A stretch of DNA of 64,000 nt from an uncultured Pseudomonadota bacterium (lineage in GTDB: Bacteria > Myxococcota_A > Polyangia > Fen-1088). The notes under the pieces were generated by a model, which did no database searches, had not been told where the DNA came from, and worked only from the letters and a program-made list of their open reading frames with translations. The position numbers and the translations under genes are program-made. Within the stretch, counting starts at the first letter, position 1. Every line of letters starts with the position of its first letter. Location of the stretch: positions 160,001 through 224,000 of the forward strand of contig CAWKBC010000027.1 in the NCBI GenBank assembly GCA_963847705.1. Direction: 5' to 3'. Positions 1 to 10,068 of this stretch are shown here, piece by piece.

Positions 1-1
1 C

Positions 2-166
2 ACGGCCTATTCCGCGGTGAAGAGCCGGGTCACCGCCGGCAACGGCGCCGGCTCGAGCTTCTACATGACGGTCAACTCCGGCTCGATGCCGCCAGGTCAA
101 AAGCTCTCTGCGGCGAATCTGGCCCTCATCAAGGCCTGGATCGACGCCGGGGCCCTGAACAACTGA
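2..166 (+). CDS. 3' end of a c-type cytochrome domain protein (runs off the window start)
   Basis: Frame 2 reads ...SSFYMTVNSGSMPPGQKLSAANLALIKAWIDAGALNN*. The MPP...I.AWI..GA pattern is typical of planctomycete/myxobacterial cytochrome c domain C-termini. Confidence 0.6.
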   Translation, partial: TAYSAVKSRVTAGNGAGSSFYMTVNSGSMPPGQKLSAANLALIKAWIDAGALNN

Positions 167-204
167 GCGGAGCTCCCCATCGCCACGTATGATTCGTCGT
201 CTTC

Positions 205-1224
205 GTGACGGCTCCGCTCGTTCTCCTCATCGCGGTGACGACCAACCCGGGTGGCATCTCCATGGCTCGAGATGCCGCCTCCGCCTGCCTCGAGTCCATG
301 CCTCCCGGAGCAAAGAGCGTCGTGCGCGTGGCGGCGGCCGTCCCCCGAGACGTGGAGGTGGTCGATGACGCTTCCCAGCTCGGCGCGGCCGCGGCGGTGA
401 TCGTGAGCTGGCACGACGCCTCTCTTCTGACCAGCGACGTGCGCGTGTTCGTCGCTTCGCCCGGGGACGGTGTCACGCACTGGATCACGCGGACGATCGT
501 GTTCAGCGTCCGCGATTTGCCCGCCGAGCGTGGTCGTGCGCTCGGTCTGGTGATCGCCTCCGTCCTCGACGAAAGTTGGGGGATCGCGCTCACGCCGAGC
601 GTGGAGCACCCAGTGGCGACCCTCCCACTACCCGGCGAAACAGGGAAGGTCGAGGATGAGCCCTCTTCACTCACAACCCGCCCAGGCCCGATCGAGTCTC
701 CCGAGACACTCCCGCGATGGGCTCTCGAAGCCAACGTCACCACGGCCACCGGTCACTGGGAAGACGTGGATGACAGCATCGGCGGGATGATCGCCTTGCG
801 GCGCTCGTTCTCGACACACTGGACGACGCGGGCGGGGCTGGGTTTTCGGGTGGCCGACATCGACGGGGCGGACGCGACGGGGCGCACGGTGCTCGGAGCT
901 GCCGGTGTCGTCTGGATGAGCTCGAGGTTGGACCGGCCACGAACTCTCGCCTTCGGCGCGCGCGCCGACTTACTGGGAATGCATGAAGCAATTCAGCGCG
1001 GTGACGCGGCCCCGAGCGGGTCGCGAACCGAGGGTTACTGGTCCGTGGGCGCCGATCTTCTCGGGCAGGTCGGTTACGGGCTCTCTTCCTCAACGGCGTT
1101 AACGATGGGAGGTGGCGTCGAGGGGTTCCTGGCAGAAGCGGACATCATCGTGGCGGGCCAACCCGCCGCCACGATCCCGCACACGCAGCTGGTGCTGGAG
1201 CTGGGGGTTCTTTCGCGCTTCTAG
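205..1224 (+). CDS. Hypothetical exported/outer-membrane protein associated with an ECF-FecR cluster
   Basis: 339-aa ORF. The C-terminal half has alternating amphipathic beta-strands and ends in F (VLSRF). It lies directly upstream of an ECF sigma factor. Confidence 0.6.
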   Translation: MTAPLVLLIAVTTNPGGISMARDAASACLESMPPGAKSVVRVAAAVPRDVEVVDDASQLGAAAAVIVSWHDASLLTSDVRVFVASPGDGVTHWITRTIVFSVRDLPAERGRALGLVIASVLDESWGIALTPSVEHPVATLPLPGETGKVEDEPSSLTTRPGPIESPETLPRWALEANVTTATGHWEDVDDSIGGMIALRRSFSTHWTTRAGLGFRVADIDGADATGRTVLGAAGVVWMSSRLDRPRTLAFGARADLLGMHEAIQRGDAAPSGSRTEGYWSVGADLLGQVGYGLSSSTALTMGGGVEGFLAEADIIVAGQPAATIPHTQLVLELGVLSRF

Positions 1225-1258
1225 TGCCTGATCCGGGCACCGTCGCGGTACTCTTCGA

Positions 1259-1936
1259 GTGGCTGGCATGGCTGCCCTTCGAACCTCTGGACCGTCATTA
1301 TCGGTCGTCTCGAGCGAAGCCAAGAGCTCCGTGGAACGCCGGGCCTCGCGGAAAGACGAGGAAATCCTCGAAGGGGTGCGTCGTGGCGACGCGGTCGTCG
1401 CCGAAGACTTCTACTGGCGCATCAAGCCTGTCGTCGATCGCACGGTCCGCCGGCTCATCGGCCGGCTCGATCGTGACGGCGAGGACCTGGTTCAGATCGC
1501 CCTCGTTCAGCTCATCGAGTCTTTGCCCACTTACCGGGGCGAGTGCCCCCTCGACGCGTGGGTGTCCACGGTCGCGGCGCACGTCGTCTACAAGCACATC
1601 CGGCGTCGCCGCCTCGAGCGAAACATCTTCGAATCGGCGCTGGACGACGACGAGGAGCTGTCGACCAGCCAGAAGACGCCGGGCACCGCGCAAAGAATTC
1701 TGCTGCGCGACGCCGTCAAGCAGGTCGTCGATCATCTGACGACGATGCGGCCGGACCGCGCCTGGGCCTTCGTGCTCCACGACGTCTGCGGATATTCCCT
1801 GGACGAGGTGGCCCACATCTGTGGCGCGTCGGTCGGCGCCGCACAGAGCCGGCTGGTTCGGGGCCGGCGCGAGCTGCACCAGTTGATCGCCGCCGACCCG
1901 CGCCTGGTCGATCTGCTCGAGCGAGGCGAATCGTGA
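1259..1936 (+). CDS. ECF RNA polymerase sigma factor
   Basis: Region 2 (EDLVQIALVQLIESLPTYRGEC..DAWV) and region 4 (AFVLHDVCGYSLDEVA....GAAQSRLVRGR). Confidence 0.9.
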   Translation: MAGMAALRTSGPSLSVVSSEAKSSVERRASRKDEEILEGVRRGDAVVAEDFYWRIKPVVDRTVRRLIGRLDRDGEDLVQIALVQLIESLPTYRGECPLDAWVSTVAAHVVYKHIRRRRLERNIFESALDDDEELSTSQKTPGTAQRILLRDAVKQVVDHLTTMRPDRAWAFVLHDVCGYSLDEVAHICGASVGAAQSRLVRGRRELHQLIAADPRLVDLLERGES

Positions 1937-2982
1937 GCGGCCGGTTTCGCTATGCGCTGTTGGCTGCACGTGTTCTTCGTAGTGCTCGCGCGCGAATTCG
2001 ACCACAGCGCTCGGCGCCGCCCGAACATACGATTGCGATGCTCGCGGGCGTGATCTCCGTCGCGGCTGCCCGCCGTCGTCAGCGACGGACGGTGATCCTC
2101 GCAGGCGTCGCGACGGGGATGGTAGGACTCGCTCTGCTGCTGGCGTTCGGGCTGAAGAGGATGGTCCCGCGACCCTCGTTACCTTCGACCGCGAGCCGCG
2201 AGGCTGTGCCGGCAGCGAAGCAGCGGTTTGTGGCGGCGGGCAGCGCGCTCGCCAGCGTCCGGGCTGCAAGCGGCGAGGTTCAGCCCCTGCTCATCGGGCA
2301 GGAATGGCACGACGGAGAGCGTCTTCGCAGCGACGCTCTGCCCGTCGCGTTGACCGGCGCCGATGGGACGACCATCGAAGTCGATCCCCACTCCGAACTG
2401 GAATTGGTGCGCGGCGATGCGGAGCGCTGGTTTCGACTGGTGCAGGGAGTTGTCTCTGCGCACGTGACCAAGCTCAAGGCGGGCGAGCGTTTCGTGGTCA
2501 CCACGCCGGACACTGAAGTCGAGGTGCGCGGCACCCGTTTTCAGGTGACGGTCGTCCCTCCGGGCGAGGCGTGCGGTCAAGGCGTCATCACGCGAGTGGC
2601 TGTGTCCGAAGGGGTCGTGGTGGTCCGGTCCCTTGGAAACGAGATTAGGGTCGAAGCGGGGCAGCACTGGCCTCTCGGCTGCCCCGAACGGACTTCTTCG
2701 CTGGTGCGATCGGCGCCGGAACGGGCGACGGCCTCTGTGAAGCGCGCCGCCGTGCGTCCGTCATCGGCAAGGGACGAGTCCGCGGCCAGCGTGCCTCCGT
2801 CGACTCTGGCCACCGAGAACGACCTTTTCAGCTCGGCGCTCAAGGCTGAAAGGATGGGCGATCGTCGGGAGGCCGTCGAGTTGCTCAACGTTCTCCTGGC
2901 GCGCTTCCCGCAGAGCCCACTGAAGCAGAGCGCGGAATCGGCGCGCGCGAAGCTGAGCGAGTCGATCCAGCCGCCTCGATGA
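1933..2982 (+). CDS. FecR-domain anti-sigma membrane protein
   Basis: The GTG start overlaps the sigma stop (GTGA). One TM helix, the FecR motif FVVTTPDTEVEVRGTRFQV and VAVSEGVVVV, and a C-terminal TPR-like helix (LARFPQSPL). Confidence 0.85.
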   Translation: MSGRFRYALLAARVLRSARARIRPQRSAPPEHTIAMLAGVISVAAARRRQRRTVILAGVATGMVGLALLLAFGLKRMVPRPSLPSTASREAVPAAKQRFVAAGSALASVRAASGEVQPLLIGQEWHDGERLRSDALPVALTGADGTTIEVDPHSELELVRGDAERWFRLVQGVVSAHVTKLKAGERFVVTTPDTEVEVRGTRFQVTVVPPGEACGQGVITRVAVSEGVVVVRSLGNEIRVEAGQHWPLGCPERTSSLVRSAPERATASVKRAAVRPSSARDESAASVPPSTLATENDLFSSALKAERMGDRREAVELLNVLLARFPQSPLKQSAESARAKLSESIQPPR

Positions 2983-3389
2983 TCTTCGGCGCGAAGGCCT
3001 GGCCTGTGCCGCGTCCGTCGTTGCTGTTTTCTCTCGCCATTGTGGCTGCCGCGGCCTTCGGCCTTCTCGCCTGCCGGGTCACGCTTCGGTTCGACTCGCC
3101 CGAGGCCGGAGCAGATGCCCCCCTCGCTGATCGGCCGTGCGTGACCGATCAGGAGTGTTCGAACCCGCTCCCGTACTGCGATCGAACGACCGGCCGTTGC
3201 GTGGAGTGCCTGACGACGGCGAATTGCTCTGAAAATGAGCTCTGTGATCCCGACAGCTCGAGGTGCCGACTCCCGATTTGTGACCGCCGTTCTGTCTTGG
3301 GCGCTCGGAACCAGAGCCCATGCTGCCCCGACCCTGCGCCGGTGTTCACGCACGGGAACACCGGAGTGGATGCGGCTCGAGAACAGTGA
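2979..3389 (+). CDS. Cys-rich putative lipoprotein, possibly degenerate at the 3' end
   Basis: ATGA overlap with the FecR gene, a lipobox-like LLAC, and C..D..C....P.CD...G.CVEC repeats. Confidence 0.55.
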   Translation: MIFGAKAWPVPRPSLLFSLAIVAAAAFGLLACRVTLRFDSPEAGADAPLADRPCVTDQECSNPLPYCDRTTGRCVECLTTANCSENELCDPDSSRCRLPICDRRSVLGARNQSPCCPDPAPVFTHGNTGVDAAREQ

Positions 3390-3446
3390 GCTCGTTCGTA
3401 GCCGAGGACCGTCCAGGCCCGCCGTCTTCCGGCCGTGGCCGCACCG

Positions 3447-3941
3447 CTACAATCGCCGACGGCGGCGTAAGCGGATCAGCACGGCCACGATGGCTGCCGC
3501 AAAGGCGGGGCGGGGTAGCCGGAGACCGTATCCGGGGGCCACAGCGCAGCCGTACGAGGGACCACTCGGCGACAGCGGTACGTCGGCGGGGGTGTTCGGA
3601 TCGGTGTTCGCGATCAGCTCGTCGATGTCCGAAACGCCGTCTCCGTCACTGTCGACGTTGTCGGCCTTGAGCGCGTCGAGCGCAGGAGTGAGTGTGCTCC
3701 GGTCGCTCGTCAACCCGTGCGCGAGCATCGATATGCCGAACGGGGTTTGAACGCTGCCGGAGCCCGTGGTCCCGTCGATGTGGCAGAGACTGCAGGGGGG
3801 CGTGTACCCGAGATGGGGCGTGAAGTAATCGGTGATGCGCCCGGGGAACTCCGGGACCGCCACCGCCGTGGCCGGTGTGAGCCAAAACAGGGCCAACCCC
3901 AGGAACGTCGAAACCAATCTGGTCCGCATCGATGGCCTCAT
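3447..3941 (-). CDS. Exported monoheme cytochrome c protein with a DxDGDG Ca-binding loop and a MYXO-CTERM-like tail
   Basis: ATG overlaps the upstream TGA (3938-3941). It has a signal peptide, CSLCH, DSDGDGVSDIDEL, and a GC-hydrophobic-RRRRR C-terminus. Confidence 0.7.
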   Translation of the reverse strand: MRPSMRTRLVSTFLGLALFWLTPATAVAVPEFPGRITDYFTPHLGYTPPCSLCHIDGTTGSGSVQTPFGISMLAHGLTSDRSTLTPALDALKADNVDSDGDGVSDIDELIANTDPNTPADVPLSPSGPSYGCAVAPGYGLRLPRPAFAAAIVAVLIRLRRRRRL

Positions 3942-5126
3942 AGGAAGAGGTGGAGTTGGACCAAGTAGGTCTCGAATCGGAATGCGCCCCTGGGGAGGAG
4001 GCGAGGAGTAGCTCTGATGCACGTAGTCGAACCGAACGTCGACGTGCGAGTAGAAGAACCAAGCCACGCTCCCCCACAGGCTCCAGGAGGTGTCGGTCTC
4101 GGGCTGCCCCGAGCCGTAGGTCTCGCCCGTGCCGATGAAATGCAACCCTTGCCAGGGCTCGAAGTCTGCCTGGAGCATCGTAGCCAGGCCATTCCAGTGT
4201 GGCTGGCCCGACAAGCCCTCTCCGACGTAGTCGGCCTCGCCTAGCAAGACCAACTTATCGACAGGCGCGGCACGTAACGTCAGACCCTGGGCCTGACGAA
4301 GATTCGCGACCCCTAGGGTGACGTCCTTCTTGGCATAGGTGACGAGGCTGTTGATACCGAAAGCGTAGTGGCTGTTCGGACTCCATTCGAGGTATCCGCT
4401 GTAACCTCGCTGCCGATAGGCATCGGGAGATTCCTGGTAGTTACCTGCGATGGCCATCAGCTCGCCGCGGAACCCGCTTCTCCGCACCGCCAGCGCCACC
4501 CCGTGCTCTTGCGTATCGTTGATGTCGGTCTGGGTCGCAACGCGCACGAACAGGGTGTGCTCGATCGAACGGATGCCGTACGGCACGTTGATGCGGCCGG
4601 CGCGGAGCAAGACGGTGTCGTTCTCGAAGGTGTACCCGGCCCAGTACTCCCGCGCCACCAAGCTCGGGCCGCTCTCGGAAGTCACCACCGAGGCCGGAAA
4701 ATCTCCATTGGTCAGGACGCCGAGACTTGCGGCAGCGCGCCAGCGTCCAGCGTCGATTCCCACCCGCAGGTCGGCCTGCATCAGGATGTTTTGCTGGGCG
4801 TAGGGCGCGGCGCCCGCTTTCATGAAGAAAAGCCCGTCGCGAAAGCTTCCGCCGGTAAGCAGCCAATCGGGATTTTTCCAGAGACCGAAGAACGGCTCGA
4901 CCGGCGCGGGGTCGCTGCCATAACGGGAGCGTAAGGTGTCGGCGGCCTCTTCACGCCCGAACTCGTTCAAGAGGCCGGCCCCCGACGGATCGAGGTGACA
5001 GGTCGCGCAGCCGGTATAGCCGTGGCCAATCATCCAGGCGTAGGCGTGGGCGCGCCGGGGCGCCAGCGCGAGGGCCGAGAAGAGAACGACGACTGTCAAT
5101 AACGAACGACAGAAGCGGCTATGCAC
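3938..5126 (-). CDS. Putative outer-membrane beta-barrel with an N-terminal CxxCH heme motif; 1-nt frameshift near the 3' end
   Basis: Signal peptide (AHA/Y), CATCH and amphipathic strands. The natural C-terminus ETYLVQLHLFL* lies in another frame after position ~3975. Confidence 0.7.
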
Positions 5127-5266
5127 AGGGGACTTGGACTCGGAGATGTAGCGACGGCACTTCGGGGTGAGTACCGTAACCCAGGGAAAATCAGGCAGCC
5201 GTGGCGAAGGTCACGCGCCGTGACCGTCACGCGCGGTTTCATCTCCGTCGAGCACAGCGTCCGGGA

Positions 5267-6202
5267 TCAGGCGGCGACTTTCCGGATACTCCGCGCGCCG
5301 AGCCAGACCAAGACGATGGTCATTCCGAGGAGGGCCGCGACGTTGGGCCAGAGGTCGACCACGCTGGCGTTGCGAAGGACCACGCCACGCATGATCGCGA
5401 TCATGTGCGTCACGGGAAGTAGAAGACCGATCCCCCGCAACACGACGGGCATCCCCTCGAAGGGGAAGATGTAGCCCGAGAGAAACACCCCCGGCAGGAA
5501 GAGCAACTGTCCCATCTGCTGCGCCTCCATCTGCGTCTTGGCGCGGGTCGAGATGAGAAGGCCGAGCGAGAGCAGGGCGCTCAAGTAGAAGAGGGCGACG
5601 CCGTAGAGCAAGAGGATGCTGCCGCGGATGGGGACGGCGAATCCGAATCGCGTCGCGATCAGGATGAGCGTCATCTCCACCAGGCTCAGAACCAGGTAAG
5701 GGCCGAGCTTTCCCAGCATCAAGCCCAGCGGATCGATCGGGGTAACCAGGAGCTGCTCGAGCGTTCCCCTCTCGCGCTCGCGTACGATGGCTCCCGCCGA
5801 GAGCACGACGCCGAGGAGCTGCAGCAGCACCGCCATCAGCCCAGGGATGATGTAGTTGGCGGTCCGCCCTTCGGGGTTGAACAGGATGATCGGCTGCGCG
5901 GCGAGCGCGCCCAGGCCGGGGACGACGGTCTGAAGGCGAGCCAGGTTGTCGTTGGCCACGAGGCCATTGACGCTGGCCAGCGCTTGCGCGCTGCCGGTCG
6001 AGTCGGAGCCGTCGATCAGCACCAGCACCTGCGCGGTCGTTCCGCGCACGCGGTCGTCGTGGAAGCGCGGCGGGATGACGATGGCGATCCGTGCCCGGCC
6101 GGAGCGGATCTTCTGGCGGGCGTGCTCGGGATCGGTCATGACGTCGATGATCTTGAAGGTCTTGGTGGCCCTCAGCTGATCGCGGAAGAGGCGGCTTTCG
6201 AA
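5267..6202 (-). pseudogene. 5'-truncated ABC-2 transporter permease (YbhR/YbhS-like)
   Basis: Contains AIVRERERGTLEQLLVTP, LSGYIFP and several TM helices. Similarity begins at FESRLFRDQLRATK, so the N-terminal TM helix and a partner ATPase are absent. Confidence 0.7.
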
Positions 6203-6287
6203 GGCGACCGCGTCCTCCGAGTGACGATTGTGTGCCGTCGTGGTCGATTCGGCTGAAATGGCCTTGGACGTGCTTTCCCATCAAGCC

Positions 6288-6581
6288 ATGTCCAACACAG
6301 TCGATTCGTCCGCAAAGAATGCGTCTGCCTCGACGAGGCCTGGCGGCTCGTTGACCTCGCTGGTCGATACACTCTACGAGCTCCGCCAAGAAGTCGCGGA
6401 GGAGGGGCAGAAGACCCTCGACCGCTGGCGTCCGATGCTGAGAAGAGCTTCATTCCGACCCAACATGGCCCACTATCTCGCGCTGCGGAAGCATGACATC
6501 CGCCCCATCCAGGAGGCACTGACGCCCTGGGGTCTGTCGTCGCTCGGGCGCAGCGAGGGACGCCGCCGAGGGGAGCGATGA
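6288..6581 (+). pseudogene. N-terminal fragment of a pyruvate kinase-family protein
   Basis: NMAHYLALRKHDIRPIQEALTPWGLSSLGRSE matches the N-terminus of a long-type pyruvate kinase subfamily. The ORF stops after ~97 aa. Confidence 0.6.
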
Positions 6582-7528
6582 ACCGCGCCGAAGGCGGCGG
6601 AGGCGTCGAGAAGGAGCCGGCTCTCGAACCCTCGGAGGTGGCCAAGCTCCGTGCGCTCCTCGCGGCCGTTGACTGCAGAGAGCCGGCCGTCCAAGCTGCC
6701 CGTGGACTCGCTGCGGTCTCTGAAAACGGCATAGATGCTGATGGTGGCGCTTCGCAAGGAGAAGCGCCCCTGTGCAAAACGTATTTGTTCAAAGATCGAG
6801 AGAAGTGGCGGTTTCGGGTCATCGACACCGTGACCAAGAAGAAGACGAATCACATCTTCGACTCGAGGGACGAGGCCGAGGCGGCAATGGTCATTCTGGG
6901 ACGGACTCATCGACGACCGGTCGGCGTGCCGATGTCCGAAGCCCTCAGCGCCTACCGAGAGCATCTCGCGACCCGGGGCAATCGTCCCGGGTGTCCCAAC
7001 CGCCCGAGGACGATCGAAACCACGCTCGCTCGGTTGACACGCTGTTCAAGTCGGCCGGTGCCCGTCTCCTCACCGGGGAGCTCACGCCGGCGTTGGTCGG
7101 CATATGGGTGGGCCGCCTACTCGGCAGCGCGTTGTTCGCGACCTGGACGCAGGGGGTACGAAATTGAACATCACCTCTGCGAAGACGGCGGCCGGTGTTC
7201 GTCGCCTTCGCGTCCCGCCGATCCTGCAGCCTCTTCTCGGATGCTCGCGAAGGGAAAGCAGCCGAACGACCGCCTGTTCGGCGATGTAAATCGCCACTGG
7301 GTCCTGCGATCCTGCCGGAGGCTCTGTCAGACGGCCGGCGTTCCCGTGGTGCCTGCCCACGGGCTCCGGGGGACCCACGCGAAGCTGGCGGTGGAAGCTG
7401 GAATCAGCGGGTACATCGTGGCTGCCAGCCTGGGCCACGAATCATTCGCGACGACGGCCGGGCACTACGCCGGGGCCGACGCCGTGGCGGATGCGGCGGC
7501 CAGTCGAGTCGCCAACGCGCTAGACTGA
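6578..7528 (+). pseudogene. Degenerate tyrosine recombinase/phage integrase
   Basis: Box II HGLRGTHA...SLGHESFATTAGHY is present. The Lys hairpin (RDLDAGGTKLNITSAKTAAGVRRLRVP) is in a different frame and no box I Arg is seen. Confidence 0.8.
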
Positions 7529-7611
7529 GAGTCTCGGCGAAGAGGTTTGTCCGCAGTTATCCGGACAATAAATAATGACACTAGCAATATCGTAACATAT
7601 TGAAATCACAG

Positions 7612-7696
7612 GCGAGGATGGCGAAACTGGTAGACGCGCCAGATTTAGGTTCTGGTTCCGAAAGGAGTGGAGGTTCGAGTCCTCTTCCTCGCACCA
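7612..7696 (+). tRNA. tRNA-Leu (anticodon TAG)
   Basis: Acceptor stem GCGAGGA/TCCTCGC-A-CCA, D-loop TGGTAGAC, anticodon arm CCAGA-TTTAGGT-TCTGG, long variable arm and T-loop GTTCGAGT. Confidence 0.97.
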
Positions 7697-8038
7697 AAGA
7701 ACGGTTACGGAAACGGATGGCCACGCGGTCAGGACGGACCTCCGCCGACACAACCGAGGTTGGTCACGTAGCGCCACCCGACTTCAGGCCCCTGTGGCGC
7801 TCGCACAGCAGCCCCGCCGCTACCCCGATCGTCTCGTTTCGATTCTGGTGCTCCCCGCGTTCGTGACCTGCGCTGGCGATTGCGCGGAGGATCGCGACGG
7901 TCTCCGTGATCCAGATCGCGACCGCAGGCCCCGTCGACACCACGCTGCGGGTCACGGTGTGCTGCCGGCGCGATCTCGGCGCGTATTTGCGTCGACTTCG
8001 GATTCTTCGTTGGCCGGGACGTGGTTAGAGACTCTCTC

Positions 8039-8608
8039 ATGCGACAAGGAGCTTTGGGGATGGCCGTGGCGTTGAGCCTCGCTCTGGGAGCCGGTTGTGG
8101 GTCCTCTTCCTCTTCGGTCTTGAAGACCGGTCCAGAGATGAGCAGTCAGTCGGGCGGCGGCGGGCAAGGCGGGCAGGCCGTGGTCACCGACGCTGGCGGA
8201 GCTACCCGGGCCTCAGACGCCGGTGACGCGTTCGGGGGCTTGAGCGACGCGGGCGACGCTGGTCTCGGAAGCTCAGATTCGGGCGGACTGCCCGGTGGCG
8301 AGATGGCGAGTTGCTCCGTCCTCGAGACTCAATACCTCGACACGGTGGCGGGCGCCCAGTCCTGCGATCTCAACGGAGCCGGGCAGTGCCAGAAGCAGGT
8401 CAGTGCAGCGCTCTCGTCGTGCCCCACGTGCATGACGTACGTCAACGATGCCACCACCGTGAATTCGATCAAATCAGTGTGGGAGCAACTGGGATGCAAC
8501 CGAGCGGAGACCGATCCCTGTCCCCCCCTGAGCTGCACCCAACCGGCGAGCGGGACCTGCGTTGCGTCGGACGCGGGAGGAACCTGCGCTTCGTCGATGA
8601 CGAACTAG
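8039..8608 (+). CDS. Cys-rich lipoprotein
   Basis: Lipobox LGAGC, a Gly/DAG-rich linker and a Cys-rich C-terminal domain. Confidence 0.65.
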   Translation: MRQGALGMAVALSLALGAGCGSSSSSVLKTGPEMSSQSGGGGQGGQAVVTDAGGATRASDAGDAFGGLSDAGDAGLGSSDSGGLPGGEMASCSVLETQYLDTVAGAQSCDLNGAGQCQKQVSAALSSCPTCMTYVNDATTVNSIKSVWEQLGCNRAETDPCPPLSCTQPASGTCVASDAGGTCASSMTN

Positions 8609-8723
8609 GGGCTGCCTTTGGTTGACGCGCTCGGAAACCCAGATCAGTTCGATCACCAGCAACGACCGTCGCACTCGGGAGTTGTGCGGGGGACCATCTT
8701 CCGCGAGCTCCAGCTCCCGACGG

Positions 8724-10028
8724 TCAGCAGTCCAGCGTCACCCGACGTTCCCACGGAGAGAGCTCGGCCTGATGCTCGCCCCACTCCGCCTCCTTCAGCT
8801 TGGTGTAGGCGTCGACGAAGGGCGCGCCCAGCGCCGAGGTCAGCACGTCGCTGGCGCGCAGGGCGCGCACGGCGTCGAGGAGGTTGCCGGGCAAGCGCCG
8901 CGCTTCATCGAGCGGGAGCGGGTGGGTGTACATGTTGTTGTCACGGCGCGGGCCCGGATCGCGTTTGTTCGCGATGCCGTCGAGGCCGGCGGCAATGACG
9001 GCGGCCGGCATCAGGTACGGGTTGGTGGCGCCGTCGGGCAGGCGCAGCTCGAACCGGTCGGTGTCGGGGATGCGGATCATGTGCGTGCGGTTGTTCCCGG
9101 CGTAGCTGACGGCGTTGGGAGACCACGTCGAGCCGGACGCCGTGGGCGCGCCGTTGATCCGCTTGAACGAATTGACCGTGGGGTTGGTGATCGCGCAGAG
9201 CGCCTCGGCGTTGTGGAGCAGCCCTCCGATGAACTCGTAGGCCATTCGAGACAGCCCGAGCTCGCCCCCCGCGTCGCGAAACAGGTTGTGGCCGCCCGCG
9301 GCTTCCCAGACCGAGACGTGCATGTGGCAGCCGTTGCCGACCAGACCGGGGAACGGCTTGGGCATGAAGGTCGCGCGCAAGCCCTGGCTCTCGGCCAGCG
9401 TCTTCACCATGTACTTGAAGAAGGCGTGACGGTCGGCCGTCACCAGCGCGTCGTTGTAGGTCCAGTTCATCTCGAACTGGCCGTTGGCGTCCTCGTGATC
9501 GTTCTGATACGGCTCCCAGCCCAGCGACAGCATGCAGTCGCAGATCTTGGCGATGAGGTCATAGCGGCGCATCAGGGCCAGCTGGTCGTAGCAGGGCTTG
9601 CTCTGGTGATCGTTGGGATCCGAGATCGCCGCGTCGTCGGCCGAGAGCAGGAAGAACTCGCACTCGACGCCGGTGCGCACGGCGAAGCCCAGCTCTCGCG
9701 CGCGCTGGATCTGACGCTGCAGCACCCGTCGCGGCGCCTGCTCGAGCGGCTGGCCGCCCATGATCAGGTCGCCCGCCACCCAGGCCACCTCCGGCTTCCA
9801 GGGGAGCTGAATGAGGCTGGCGGCGTCGGCGATCGCCAGCACGTCGGGGTCGGCGGGCGTCAGATCGAGCCAGGCGGCGAACCCGGCAAAGCCGGCCCCC
9901 TCCACGCCGATGCGATCGATGGCGGCGGTGGGCACCAGCTTGGCGCGCTGCACGCCCCGCAGGTCGCTGAACGAGACGAGGAAGTACTTGATGCCCTTCT
10001 GTTCGGCGATCTTCGACAAGCTGCTCAC
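8724..10028 (-). CDS. glnT: Type III glutamate-ammonia ligase / gamma-glutamylmethylamide synthetase-like
   Basis: RAKLVP..AGFAGFA.WLD.TP, KPCYDQ, YQNDHEDANGQFEMNW, ATFMPKPF, NNRTHMIRIP, RFELRLPDGATNPYL and terminal TLDC match the GlnT/GmaS subfamily. Confidence 0.9.
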   Translation of the reverse strand: MSSLSKIAEQKGIKYFLVSFSDLRGVQRAKLVPTAAIDRIGVEGAGFAGFAAWLDLTPADPDVLAIADAASLIQLPWKPEVAWVAGDLIMGGQPLEQAPRRVLQRQIQRARELGFAVRTGVECEFFLLSADDAAISDPNDHQSKPCYDQLALMRRYDLIAKICDCMLSLGWEPYQNDHEDANGQFEMNWTYNDALVTADRHAFFKYMVKTLAESQGLRATFMPKPFPGLVGNGCHMHVSVWEAAGGHNLFRDAGGELGLSRMAYEFIGGLLHNAEALCAITNPTVNSFKRINGAPTASGSTWSPNAVSYAGNNRTHMIRIPDTDRFELRLPDGATNPYLMPAAVIAAGLDGIANKRDPGPRRDNNMYTHPLPLDEARRLPGNLLDAVRALRASDVLTSALGAPFVDAYTKLKEAEWGEHQAELSPWERRVTLDC

Positions 10029-10068
10029 GCGCGTCCTCCTCTTCGAGTCTGGGTCCAGGGTGGGTCGT

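Noticed and set aside
7700-8020. Short ORFs downstream of the tRNA
   Set aside because: No recognisable motifs and conflicting frames.
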